From Chiloscyllium plagiosum (Eukaryota): a stretch of DNA of 64,000 nt. Both the position numbers and the translations under genes were made by a program. Below are positions 36,407 through 49,006 of this stretch, piece by piece (positions within the stretch are counted from its first letter, which is position 1; each line of letters begins with the position of its first letter). The stretch is taken from positions 42,533,820 to 42,597,819 of the forward strand of contig NC_057712.1 in assembly GCF_004010195.1 (NCBI RefSeq). Direction: 5' to 3'. A model generated the notes under the pieces. That model had not been told where the DNA came from. It was given only the letters and a program-made list of their open reading frames with translations, and searched no databases.

Positions 36407-36595
36407 CTGGTGCTCGGCAATAAGCGTTTTGACTTCTTCGATCTCCTGTGGAAGTGATTCTTGGTCTCTCTGAGTCAGTATCGTCTCTGCCCACTGTAAC
36501 CAGCCCAACAGGCTCTCCAGTAACTCTTGATTAGCAATAACATCTGCGAGGGCTGCTTCAAGCCGCAGTTGATGCTGTTTAGCCCATGCAGTTAC
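36407..36595 (-). CDS. DST: DST exon (189 nt): [13 protein letters not shown]...[10 protein letters not shown]
   Basis: atcag|GTA ... CAG|gtaatc, 63 codons. Confidence 0.95.
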
Positions 36596-36832
36596 CTGAT
36601 ATTTTACAACAAAACAAAATTAGCAAGAAAAAAGTAATCGCTGAAGTTTGGAAAGATGTACTTTTCATTTTTGTTCTTTAACACTGCATTTTAACAATAT
36701 CAACATGTCAATTGGCTGATTGTAGAAATCTAATATATCATGCAGTTTAAGACTGAAAAGGGAAATTGCCATTTCGCATTATCAGCCCTGTCCTTCCACA
36801 AACCATGTATAAACTACCCACTGCAGCTATTA

Positions 36833-36967
36833 CAGAGGAACCTTGATTATCCAAAATGTTGATTATTCGAATTTCAGATTATCCGAACAAGATCGCAAAG
36901 TCCAGCATTCGATTATCCGAACAAAATGCTCCCTGCTTGTATCGTTCAGATAATTGAGGTTCCTATG
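36833..36967. mobile_element. pogo/Tigger-like MITE
   Basis: TA target duplication; TIR CAGAGGAACCTTGATTATC vs reverse complement CATAGGAACCTCAATTATC; repeated internal GATTATCCGAA motifs. Confidence 0.85.
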
Positions 36968-37791
36968 TACTGGTTAAGTTGTTAGGCACTCTCTCAGATC
37001 CCATAGAATTGGGAACTGTTTCCCTTCACAAAGTTGGATCATCTGCCTGTGTTACAGTTTACTGTTCATGGTGTTGATTAGTACAGCCTTAACTGCATAC
37101 CAGGAAGATAAAGATAATAAGTCTCCACTCTCTCAATTCACCATATGGAAAGCATCTTCTCTCAGCCAAGGAGCAGAACAAAATGACTTAGGAAAAAAAC
37201 TGTCAAGTCACTCCCACATCACCCCTTCACTACTCATATCAGCATTGGAAGGTGTCTGGAAGCAACTGCTTTTGGAACTCTCTCAACAATATATAGAGAT
37301 TGTGTGGGAAAGATCAAAGAAATGTGAAGGCTAGAAGTTGAAACACATATGTATCATTTTGCAGGATGAAATCTGAAGAGATAAAGGGTGGCCATTTTCC
37401 TTTTTAAGTTGTCTTAATTCTTGGGATTCATTTTGTTCAATTCCCCCAAATTACAAAAAGTAGCATTGTCACAATGTCGCAATAAACCTGGAAGAGTGAG
37501 ACTGGGATTGGGGGTCGCAGTAAAACAGGCAAGAAATCCACTGCTGAAATTCTAAACTCTTTTAAAGTACACGTACATTATGTGTACTTTATTATACATA
37601 ATTATATTCTTCTGTAATCCATACATATGTTATATGCACATGGAGCAAAGAAATAAATTGCAACTAATGAGTTAATATGGTGATTCACAGCCTGGTGACT
37701 CATAGTCTAGAACAGTCCATTTCTGTCACATTTGAAAATGATATAAACTGTACACAGCTGCTCGATTACATCCCTATTTCAAGTTAATCAC

Positions 37792-37935
37792 CTCTTCGAA
37801 TCTGGCTCGGATTATTGTGATCCAATGCTTGATGGTTGTGATAGAGTCTGGGTGGCAGATAGATAGGATAGCTTCTCCCATACCCACTGCTAAATTCAGC
37901 TCAATCATCTTTCCTTCCAGTTTCTTCGCAAACTC
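37792..37935 (-). CDS. DST: DST exon (144 nt): EFAKKLEG...[23 protein letters not shown]
   Basis: Atypical AAG acceptor (ttttggcaaaag|GAG), donor GAG|gtgatt, 48 codons. Confidence 0.93.
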
Positions 37936-38599
37936 CTTTTGCCAAAAAAAAAACAAGAATCAAATTAGTCATTGATGTCAGTTTAAAGAACCACTTTAAA
38001 ATCACCAGTTGCACTCATCAATAAAAATAACTTTGAAATCCAAGTTTAGCATGCTGTGGAAAAAAAATATAATAACTCTCCATAAAGAGAAGAATAAATT
38101 TAGTAACAAGATTCATGGTTTGTACCATTCCCTTCAGAAGACAGCAGCTACAGTTCAGCTGACATGCAGTCGTTCTAGCCATTTGGGCATCTGGGTTAAT
38201 ATGAATTGCTGCACTGCACCTTTGTTGCAATAACACAGTACACCAATCTATGTGTGGATCTCATGGGATAAATGGCCTGCTTTCACACTGTAGGGATTCT
38301 ATGGTGATGGTGGTCCGTGGGACACTATCTGTCAGGTATGGTTCCATGAGTATGACCATATCAGGTTGCTGCCTGACTAGTCTGTGAGACAGCTCTCCCA
38401 ATTTAGCATGAGCCCCCAAATGTTCCAAAGGAGAACATTGCAGGGTTGACAGAGCTGTGTCTGCCATTCTCTTTTCAGGTGTCTAGGTCAATGCCATGTG
38501 GTCTTTATGAAGCTCTTTGGGATGTCATGAAATTGTGAAGGGGGCTAAATAAATGCAAATGTTTCTTATATTTTACTGTTGGTCTTTATTGCTGGGCAC

Positions 38600-39095
38600 T
38601 TTCTAATCAACCTATCCAGATATGTTATTACAAGTGGGACATGAACTCATGTCTCCTTGTCCAGAGATAGAGACACTACCACTGCATCACAAGAGCCCTC
38701 TGTCAGTCTTTATTGCAGTTTTATATATTTTCTAATCAACCAGTTTAGAAATATTATTAAACACCTCTGGAGCTGGTGGGACTTGAACCTATGCCTTATT
38801 CTAACTCACACACTATCAACTCCAAATTCAGTGATTATTTATTCACCATATAAACATCTGTCCCTGTCAGTTTTCATATGTATTTATATTGGATTCAAAG
38901 TCCCACCACCTGGTGTGTTGGGATTTGAACCCAGACCCCCAGAACATTAGCTAAGTTTCTGGGTTAATAGTTTAGGGATAATACCACTAGGCCAACACTT
39001 CCCTTGTTTATCAGTCTTTATTCACTCTTCTTTTCTACCTGTGGGTCTTAATAACCCTCAGAATTAATTCTAGCAGAGGCGCAACGAGCCCTCTT
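38600..39095 (-). mobile_element. Cluster of short tRNA-derived SINE heads (two copies plus a nested SINE head)
   Basis: Minus strand GGCTCTTGTGATGCAGTGGTAGTGTC...GAGTTCATGTCCCAC; duplicated TTCTAATCAACC end; second head GGGTTCAAATCCC near 38920. Confidence 0.55.
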
Positions 39096-39156
39096 TTGTG
39101 TCTCAGGATTCTCTGATTCTGTGTTCAGTGCAAATCATAACTCACTATTAGTTAAT

Positions 39157-41105
39157 AGTCATAGAGTCAGAGACATACAGCACAGAAACAGATCTTTCGG
39201 TCCAATTTGTCCATGCCGACCAGATATCCTAACCTAATCTAGTCCCATTTGCAGCACTTGGCCCATATCCCTCTAAACCCTTCCTATTCATATACCCATC
39301 CAAATGCTTTTTAAATGTTGTAATTGTCCCAGCCTCCACCACTTCCTCTGGCAGCTCACTCCATACACACATCAATCTTTGCATGAAAAAGGTGCCCCTT
39401 AGGTCCCTTTAAAACTTTTCCCCTATCACCCTAAACCTATGCCCTCTAGTTCTGGACTACCCCCACCTAGGCAAAAGACGTTGTCTTTTTATCTTATTCA
39501 CGCCCCTCAAGATTTTATAAACCTCTGTAAGGTCACCCCTCAGCCTCCGATGCTCCAGGGAAAACAGCCCTAGCCTTTTCAACTTCTCCCTATGGCTCAA
39601 ATCCTCCAACTCTGGTAACATTCTTGTAAATCTTTTCTGAACCCTTTCAATTTCACAACATCCTTCCGATAGGAAGGAGACCAGAATTGCAATCAATATT
39701 CCAAAAGCAGCCTAACCAATGTCCTGTACAGCCGCAACATGACCTCCCAACTCCTGTACTCAATACTCTGACCAATAAAGGAAAGCATACCAAACGCCTT
39801 CTTCACTATCCTATCTACCTGCGACTCCACTTTCAAGGAGCTATGAACCTGCACTCCAAGGTTTCTTTCTTCAGCAACACTCCTTAGGACCTTACCATGA
39901 AGTGTATAAGTCCTGCTAAGATTTGCCTTTCCAAAATGCAGCACTTCACATTTATCTAAATTAAATCCCATTTGCCCTCCTTGGATCAAGATCTCATTGC
40001 ACTCTGAGGTAACCTTCTTTGCTGTCCACTACACCTCCAATTTTGGAGTCAACTTACTAACTATACTTCCTATGTTCATATCCAAATTATTTATATAAAT
40101 GATGGAAAACTGTGAACCTAGAACTGATCCTTGCAGTACACGACTAGTCACAGGCTCCAGTCTGAAAAGAAACCCTCCACCACCACCCTCTGTCTTCTAC
40201 CTTCAAGCTAGTCCTATATCTAAATGGCTAGTTCTCTCTGTATTCCATGCGATCTAACCTTGCTAACCTGTCAACCATGAGGAAGTTTGCTGAATGCCCG
40301 AATGAAGTCCAGATAGATCACACCCACCACTCTTCCCTCTTCAATCCTCTTTGCTACTTCTTCAAAAGACTCAGTCAAGTTTGTGAGACATGATTTCCCA
40401 CGCACAAAGCCATGTTGACTATCCCTAATCAGTCCTTGCCTTTCCAAATACATGTAAATCCTGAGCCTCAGGACTCCCTTCAGCAACTTGTCCACCACCG
40501 ATGTTAGGCTGACCGGTCTATAGTTCCCTAGCTTTTTCTTATCATCTTTCTTAAATAGTGGCACCGTGTTACCCAACCTCCAACCTTCCAGCATCTCACC
40601 TGTGACAATCGATGATGCAAATATCTCAGCAAGGGACCCAACAATCACTTTCCTAGCTTCCCAGAGTGTTCTGGTGTACACCTGATCAGGTCCTGGGATT
40701 TATCCACCTTCATGCATTTTAAGACATCCAGCACATCCTCCTCCATAATCTGGACATTTTCAAAATATCTTCCATGCCACTCACCACAGTAAACACTGAT
40801 ACAAAATACTCATTTAGTGTCTTCCACATCTCCTGTGGTTCCACACATAAGTTGCCTTGCTGATCTTTGAGGAACCTTATTCTCTCCCTAGTTACCCTTT
40901 TGTCCTTAATGTATTTATGGAATCCCTTTGGAATCTGCCTAATCCTATTTGCCAAAGCTATCTCGTGTCCCCTTTTTGTCCTCCTGATTTCCCTCTTAAG
41001 TATACTCCTACTGCCTTTATACTCTTCTAAGAATTCACTTGATCTCTGCTGAATATACTTGACATATGTTTCCTTATTTTTCTTGACCAAAATCTCAATT
41101 TGTCT
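39157..41105 (-). mobile_element. CR1 LINE, 5'-truncated
   Basis: NYRPVSLTS, QHGFVRGKSCLTNL, KCEVLHFG, ERVQKRFTRM; GACTCTAT tail. Confidence 0.95.
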
Positions 41106-42399
41106 TATGTGCAGGAGCACACTGTAATTCTCAAATGTTGTTGCACTACCTAATATGGTCTGATTCAGTGCATTTTCAAAAAAACAACTTAATTAACCAA
41201 TTTCTGCCAAATCAGACCAAAACTCATGAATGAGTGGATTAGCTTTAAAGTCACGTATTCTCAAATGAGTACAGTGAAATGTTTACATTTGCCGCATTAT
41301 AGCACCACCTTAATTATAAGACACAGATACTTAGATCAAATTCTTAGGAAACAAAAGAAAATAAGAAAAGTAAAAGCAACTTGCTGTAGGATTGTCTAAT
41401 TTGTGCACTTTATTTCAGCTATACAGGGCCTTGAGGAGACCACACTGGATTAGTTATGGTCGCAAATGGGCTATTTGGAAGGCTAGGGGGGGATATGGAG
41501 ATCAGCATAAATTTAATGGGTCGCAGGGAATCTGAGGGAGTCAGGAATAAAGTTGGAAGTTGAGGTTTAGGTATATTAGAAGCCTTTTGGGAGAATGAAG
41601 GGAGAAGCATGTCAAGCCCTTGGGGAGATCAGACGGAAATTAGAAGAGTCATGGAGGTTAAGGATGAGGTGATTTGACCGATATGGCCAATCACAGGCAC
41701 TGGGCAAAATGGCCGAATGAATCCAGTCCTTGACTCCTGATCCAAAAGTCCTTCATTTTGGTTTAGTGGGCAGGTTTCACCAAGGCTAACGTTAAATGTT
41801 AATTCATGAACACAAAAGGGGACAGTGGCCTTGGAGTGAATTCGTCACCCAACTCCTGCACTGCCTTCACCAAAACTGAAATGGGGAGAGTACAATTGGT
41901 TTCAGAGTTTGATCAAATTACATTCCATCCACCCAACATCCACCTGCTTTTTGGGTTAAACTGTCCCCTTGTTGTCTTAGTGAAATATTTCATGGATTCT
42001 TATATTACTAGAACCAAATGGGGACCTATAGCTTACTATGAAAACAATCATTTACATCCAACTTCCAACCATACAACAGTTCTTGAAAATAAACAAAACA
42101 CCGATCTAATCTGAACTGCATGTGTTCTCTCAAAACCTGACTTAGGACCTAACAGGATACAAAAATGCATCAACTCCTATTATTCGTTGCTCATTGTTAG
42201 GGATCCTCTTTGTCTAACATGCATTCAAGTATCATATAAAACAATTGCTCAACAATCCATGAACAAGAATTAAAAAATTGAATCATGCTTTGGTTTTTGT
42301 AAGTACTTAAATCCCAACCCCCCTTCATTTATCTTCCAGTACCTCATTTTGTTGGCCAGAACCATATGCTATTTCCTGACACAGAGTGGAGCCAAATCA

Positions 42400-42545
42400 T
42401 CTTCAGAATTGTTCTGAAGAAGTCACTGCATCAGAAACGTTAACTTGGTTTTCCCCTCCAGAGCTGCTGCCCATTCTGCTGCGTTTATCAGCAATTTCTG
42501 CTTTTGTTCCTGATTTCCAGCATCTGCAGTTCTTTCATTTTGCTT
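42400..42545 (+). mobile_element. Penelope-like terminal-repeat remnant with hammerhead relic
   Basis: GTT-CTGAAGA...GAAACGTT-AAC followed by a pLTR tail similar to 35830-35930. Confidence 0.6.
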
Positions 42546-43135
42546 CCCCCCAATTCATCTAGTGCTATTCAGTAAATATAGCTCAGAACAATATCCCTCA
42601 GACTTTGCTTCTCTGCCAATAGTCACGCTCTAAGTTCACAACGAAGGTACCAATGTCGAGGGGGTGGAGGTGAGACTGGTGTTCCAGAATAAGGCAGTAG
42701 AACAGAAAAGAAAAAAATGGGAACAGAAATTACGTCCGGGGAACATCCAATGACATCCTACCCATCAGTGAAAGATTGCTGCAAACCAGAGTTCAAGATG
42801 TCAACATGCTGTACCAATGAATCAATTGTTCCCAACCCAAGATGGAACAAGGTAGACCCACTGCCAATAAGATTTTCTAGACACGCCCTCGCAAACTCTC
42901 CAATATCTATTACCACCAACACCTTCCTCAAGTATTGCTCGGCAGGAACGATTTTCCCTGAAAACCTCATGATCGTTGAGCTACACACAGGTTTACTGGC
43001 AGCAGTAATTTAAATCATTTTTGTAACTTCATTTATTCCAAAGTTCTAAACACAGTGTGCTTAGATTTGTTATTCATGACCATTATGATTTATACAGCAT
43101 AAATTTGAAAAACCTATGTCCAACTTCTTTCCTAC

Positions 43136-43264
43136 CTTGTGCTGCTCTATAAGCACACGCAGGGCTTCATCGTCATCTGGAAGAACGCCATGGAAACGAA
43201 GAGTCTGTTCGGCTTCAGCCAGCCACTCCAGCAATACGTGCACTGCAGAGTGAAACTCTTCAGC
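43136..43264 (-). CDS. DST: DST exon (129 nt): [15 protein letters not shown]...LIEQHK
   Basis: acag|GCT ... AAG|gtagga, 43 codons. Confidence 0.96.
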
Positions 43265-43859
43265 CTGTAGGTACAACATATATCTGTCAGACCAGTCACA
43301 ACCTGGCAGCCAGAAGATAACATGGACCTTTAAGTTATTTCAATTTTGAACAAGAACAGGAGAGAAGAAAAATAAATGAGTTTCAAGAAAACTTGCTTCA
43401 AACTGAATGCTCTGAGTTGGTTGAAGGTTCAGGTGGTTAAATACACTGTGTAACTTGAAGAAAGAGATCTGAGGGTCACTCTGTGGATGATGTGAGCATT
43501 AGTTAGTCTCATGCAGTTTGGGTTTGACAGTTATCCTGGTGATCATTTTAGGTCATGGATAAAATAAAAATCATCCGAGACTGACGGGTTTTGTGCGTGC
43601 ATCCGGTATGAGATGAGTCTGCATCTAGTTTTGGGATGTGTGTCTTGGAGTTGGTGTAGGTTTATGGATCTGGATATGGGATATAAAAAGGGAAACCTAT
43701 GGAAGACTGTGGAGAAAGAGTAAGCCAGGTTAACTTAAATGGATAGCTCTTTCAGATAGAGCCAGAACAGGTACGATGGGTGAAATGACCTTCTTGTGTG
43801 TCATGAGATTCTAATTCAATTGCAGCCAATCTATGATCCTCAACTGAAATGTACAAGTA

Positions 43860-44050
43860 CCCACACACACACCCGCACATCCCACTCTCAGACACATTCC
43901 TATATCCACTTACTCCAGAAATATACACCTAGTCACATGCCCATCACAGAAAACTAGACAGCGCCACACCCCTTTCTCAGACATATATCCACACCCCCAG
44001 CCCCATACCCCTATATCTCACCTCCATCCACCTAGACACATCCACATTAG
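43860..44050. repeat. CA/C-rich low-complexity degenerate minisatellite
   Basis: Repeated CACACCC and CTCAGACAC-like units. Confidence 0.55.
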
Positions 44051-44199
44051 GTATCTGTACTCTATCTGGCTGACACACTAAGGGTCGAGTGATTCTGCAA
44101 TAGTGAAAGGACTACACTTTCAGGAGGGCAAAACAACATATATAAAATAGAAAGCTCCATTTTCCTTTTATTAGAGTTTATTAGACTTTGATCTTTTAC

Positions 44200-44394
44200 C
44201 TGATTCAGGGCTTGCTCTAGTCGGGCTTGTTTGGAAACAGAGAGGGCACAGACAGTTTCCCAGCGAGTACTGAGCTCTTGCATCTGCACCTTGACCCAGG
44301 AGGAATCATCGCGGCTGGCATCTACTAGTTCACGGGCAGAGCGTTTGAGGGCTTGGACACCGCTGGTCCGTTTACCCAACTCCTTCTGAAAGAC
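44200..44394 (-). CDS. DST: DST exon (195 nt): [17 protein letters not shown]...EQALNQ
   Basis: gtag|GTC ... CAG|gtaaaa, 65 codons. Confidence 0.96.
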
Positions 44395-46096
44395 CTACAC
44401 AGAAAACAATCCCATTACTATACACTCAGAGTTGTTCTTCATGACTGAACACCCTGTATAGGTCAACACAGTGCAATGAGACCAAGGATAATCACTGAAC
44501 ATGACTGGAAAAAAAATTACATACATAGTATATGAAAAACAGCAACACATCTAAGTGCCCCAATTCAACATGGTTATCACTGAAATGTAAATGAATGACA
44601 TAACAATTAGACCATAGAAATAGGTCGCTAAGCCAACAAATCCAAGCCACACACTGTGCTCCACATAAACTTCACAAATGTATCCTCCTATTCATTTTTC
44701 CTCATATATTTGCCTTAGTTCCCATAAAGGCAGCTATGCTATTCACCTTAACTCGCCCTTCAATGTCATACTTCGTATTGACTGCATTTGCCCGCTCCCT
44801 GCTTAAACTCCACAACAATGCTTCCTGGTTTTCAACACGGGAGAATAGGTTATTTGTTAGCACAATATATATAAAATACAAATTTGTATTGAGTGGAAAC
44901 AAAATTTTCAAGGATCTATAAACCATCATCATTTCAAAATTCCCACACATGTTATCAAATCTCCCACAGTCTCTGCTCTCTGTCTGTGTAGCCCACTCTA
45001 GTTCCTCAATCCTGGAAAATCACTGTATTGCTTGAATGTTTGTGTATCCCCAATTCTAATTGCTCCAGCACTGGTGGCCTTTTTGTTTAAAAAGACGATT
45101 GGGCGTTAAATTCAATTGACCTTCCCAAATCTCTGCATTTCATGTCATTAATTCTCTAAGAAACCTACCACGTTGACAAAGCTTTTGGTCACCTGTCCTA
45201 ATATATAGCTTAGTGACGATTGTTTTCCTAATCACTCATGTGAATGTGACTTTCAGCCTTAACTATGTTAAAGTAGCCATTTAAATGCACAGTTTTGTTG
45301 TAATGAAAGGGTTTGTCAAATTTTAAACTGGGAATTGGTTATTTAAGGTACTAGTATTAAAATCAAAATAGAAGATAGATAAGCTATCCACACTACAACC
45401 CTTCTAATCTGTGAATAAATTAACAGATGACCTCCTCCTGTCCTCTTCAACTGAGTAGTCCCTGAGTAAACAATCATGGTAATGCTGACAAGTGTTGCCT
45501 TATTTCAACAAAAACAATAGAGAGCTGTGTGGAGAGATTTTCCACATGATCCACCCTAAAGTTGGATGTAAGGGAGAAGTGGTGGGGAGGGTGAAGTAAG
45601 AAGGGAAATAGTGTCCTTATTCACAGATGCTTCTGCCATTCACAGTTTTGATCCTTTCAGCTGACATGATTACGATTTCAAGGTTGATTTTTAAAAATAC
45701 AAACATAGGGCTTACTGTCTTTTCTAAAAATACCATGTTTTACAAGATCTAAACTCAGATTTCATGCAAGTTCACTGATAAATTTGATCTATTTTGAAAT
45801 ATCTGAAAGAACCAGCTGGACTTTGAGCAGCAACCGAACTCTCAAGTTTGGCAGAGAGACATTTCTACAATGCAATCAACAAATTAACTTGTCGAATTAA
45901 GTATGATGAGTCACTCAAGGAGATCTGGATTCTGTAAGTTATTTTTGATAGATTAATTCAGACAGTTGCCAATGGAGGCTGTGAGGCTTGGTTGGAGGGT
46001 GGGGTAGGGGGAATGTGTGGTGGTGGAAGGTAAGTCGGAAAAAGAACGAGGGAGAGTAATTCTCACTGTTACACTGACGGAAACAGTTTCCAGTAC

Positions 46097-46256
46097 CTTG
46101 TGAGCATCAATCAGGTTCATCACCAGGTCGATGTCCCCATGGACTGGCTGATCTTCAGCCAGCATGGGTTCAATCTTGTACAGCCAATCAATCAGAGCTT
46201 GCAAGGCATCTGTAAATTGGCCTGAGAACAGCAGTGCTTCCTCCAATTTGTTCTGT
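46097..46256 (-). CDS. DST: DST exon (160 nt): [26 protein letters not shown]...LIDAHK
   Basis: tttcag|A ... AAG|gtactg, phase 2/0. Confidence 0.96.
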
Positions 46257-47117
46257 CTGAAATGGAAAGGCAGAACGTATACGGTAAGATTAGACAGTGA
46301 CAGACACAGCTGAATCTTCTTCAAACTTAAAACCACAAACAGGAAGCTTGGCTTGCTAGTTTGAAAAGCCACTCCGGTTACCTCCAGCACCACTTACAAC
46401 ATGCCTTCAAAAATATTTGCTAAAAAGTGTAAACAACCAGGACTGATGCAAGTTAAAAATATCATCAGGGCTTCCTGATGGGTCAGTGTCAGAAAGGACT
46501 TTGCCAAGCATAACACCAAACATCACAACCTAGGAGTGTCCAAAAATGTAGTTCCAGTTTGCACTGTGAGAATATCTGCCAGGCAGGAAGGTGAAATACC
46601 AGAATTAGTCACCTGACCTAAAGCTGAAAATAAAGTTTTCAACCCTGAAAATGTCTGAAGTGGCCCTTGTTGGAAAGTGAGCATTGATGGTGGGAAGGGA
46701 TCAAGGACAGGTCCCAGTGTTGTGGAAATACTCACATGAAGAACTTCTAGTTGGGAGCAGGGTGGTTCTTTTGAGTTGACAGAGCACAGTACTTCAGACA
46801 GCTTGTCCATTCTACACTGGAATGGTGAAATCAGCTGTAACATGCAATGGGGGCCAATCTCTTAATTGCCCATCTTTACAACACACCAAGATCATAAGCT
46901 CTATTTACTGTGTCCAGGAGTGGGAAAAACAGGGGAAAATTCAAAAGATGCAATATAGTGAAAAGAATCTTAACACTTTTATGAATGCAGGGATCAAGTT
47001 TGTAGTTGTTATATTCAATATTTACTTTCTGGATATGAAATTAGCTTGGAGAGTTTTCAAATCTATAACTGAGCAGTGTTTTTAAGCCAGCAATTATCTA
47101 TTCTATGAACCCCATGA

Positions 47118-48061
47118 TTTGGATGTGAACATAGGAGGTACAGTTAATATGTTTGCAGATGACACCAAAATTGGAAGTGTAGTGGACAGCAAAGAAGGTA
47201 CCTCAGAGTACAATGGGATCTTGATCAAATGGGCCAATGGACTGAGGAGTTGCAGACGGAGTTTAATTTAGATAAGTGAGGTGCTGCATTTTGGAAAAGC
47301 AAATCTTAGCAGGACCTATACACTTAATGGCAAGGAGTGTTGTTGAACAAAGAGATTTTGGGAATGCAGGTTCAGAGTTCCTTCAAAGTAGAATTGCAGG
47401 CAGTGAGGATAATGAAGAATGCATTTGGTATGCTTTCCTTTATTGGTCAGAGTATTGAGTATAGGAGTTGGGAGGTCATGTCGTGGCTGTACAGGACATT
47501 GACTAGGCCATTTTTGGAATATTGCATGAAATTCTGGTCTCCTTCCTATTGGAAGGATGTTGTGAAACTTGAAAGGGTTCAGAAAAGATTTACAAGCATA
47601 TTGCCAGGGTTGGAGGATTTGAGCTGTAGGGAAAGGTTGAGTAGGCTCGTGCTGTTTTCCCTGGAGAGTTAGAGGCTAAGAGGTGACCATATAGAGGTTT
47701 ATAAAATCTTGAGGGGCATGGATTAGATAAATAGAGAAAGTATTTTCCCTGCGGTGGGGAGTCCAGAACTAGAGGGCAGAGATTTAGGGTGAGAGTGGTA
47801 AGATATAAAACAGACCTAAGGGGCAACTTTTTCATGCAGACAGTGGTCCATGTATGGAATGATTTGCCAGAGAAAGTGATGGAGGCTGGTGCAATTACAG
47901 CATTTAAAAGCATCTGGATGGGTATATGAATAGGAAAGGTTCAGAGGGATATGGACCAAGTGCTGGCAAATAGGACTAGATTAGGTTAGGATATCTGGTC
48001 GGCATGGACGGTTTAGACCCAAGGGTCTGTTTCCGTGCTGTACGTCTCTCTGACTCTATGT
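47118..48061 (+). mobile_element. CR1 LINE 3' ~0.95 kb
   Basis: FADDTKIG, LEYCMKFWSP, WNDLP, TGACTCTATG tail. Confidence 0.93.
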
Positions 48062-49006
48062 ATCTGCAATATGGCATTTACCAAAGGACATCTAATTGGC
48101 TTGGTTAATAAGATTTTCTGCTCATAATAAGTAGACAGCTGGAACATATCACAACATTCAACATTAGTCTTAAGGTAGTTATTTCATATGAATCACTTCA
48201 TATTATCAGAAAAAATATACATTACAGGAATGAAAACTTTGCTGCTGTCATTTCGAGAATGTCAACTTCAATAGCAATAGGAAACAGCTTTAAGTACTTG
48301 GCATCAACATTATGGCTTTTAAACAGCAAGGCATCATTAATTGCAAGCATTTTATGAATGAGGTACTAATTCACGGCTTTTCAAAAATGAGCTCGGAGCA
48401 TGACACTGTGTAGTTCATTCTAGTGATCTTAACACGGAGCAATATGGGAACAATTGAATTAGAAGCTAAGGGGTGAGAGTTTTTTTTAATCATTGCCAGA
48501 TTGGACACATCAGCATGTTATTACCATACAAGTGAGTAGAAGTTACTTTCTCCATGCAGCAGGATCATACAAAATTTCTTTTTTTAAATTGTCGTCATTC
48601 AAGCTCAAATATTTTGGACATATATATGTGATACTTCACACTAACCATGGAAAAGTGTCCCGTTAACATATGACATGGCAGAAATTGAAGTATCAATTGC
48701 AGAGACCAGTATCCAGTACTAAGAGACCAATCACTATTAAGTCACCAGAGGCCACTTGGATCCCGGGACCAATTGTCCGGGATCATTTACATTTGCCTTC
48801 TTGTGACTAAACTATGATGTCATTTGACAGTTCCTCATTCATTCCACTATTACCCTGGAGAATAAGAAATCATAGAAATAACATGAACAAATTGGAACTC
48901 AAATCACTCATTCACTGGCCCTGTCATCAGTCAGTCTCTCAATTTCTTTGATATTTTTCCCTCTCCAAGACATCAATTTAATAGATTTGAACCCATGTTC
49001 TCTCCT

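Noticed and set aside
42717-43013. 98-aa ORF and antisense 76-aa ORF
   Set aside because: No recognisable motif or splice signals compatible with the DST frame; probably repeat-derived
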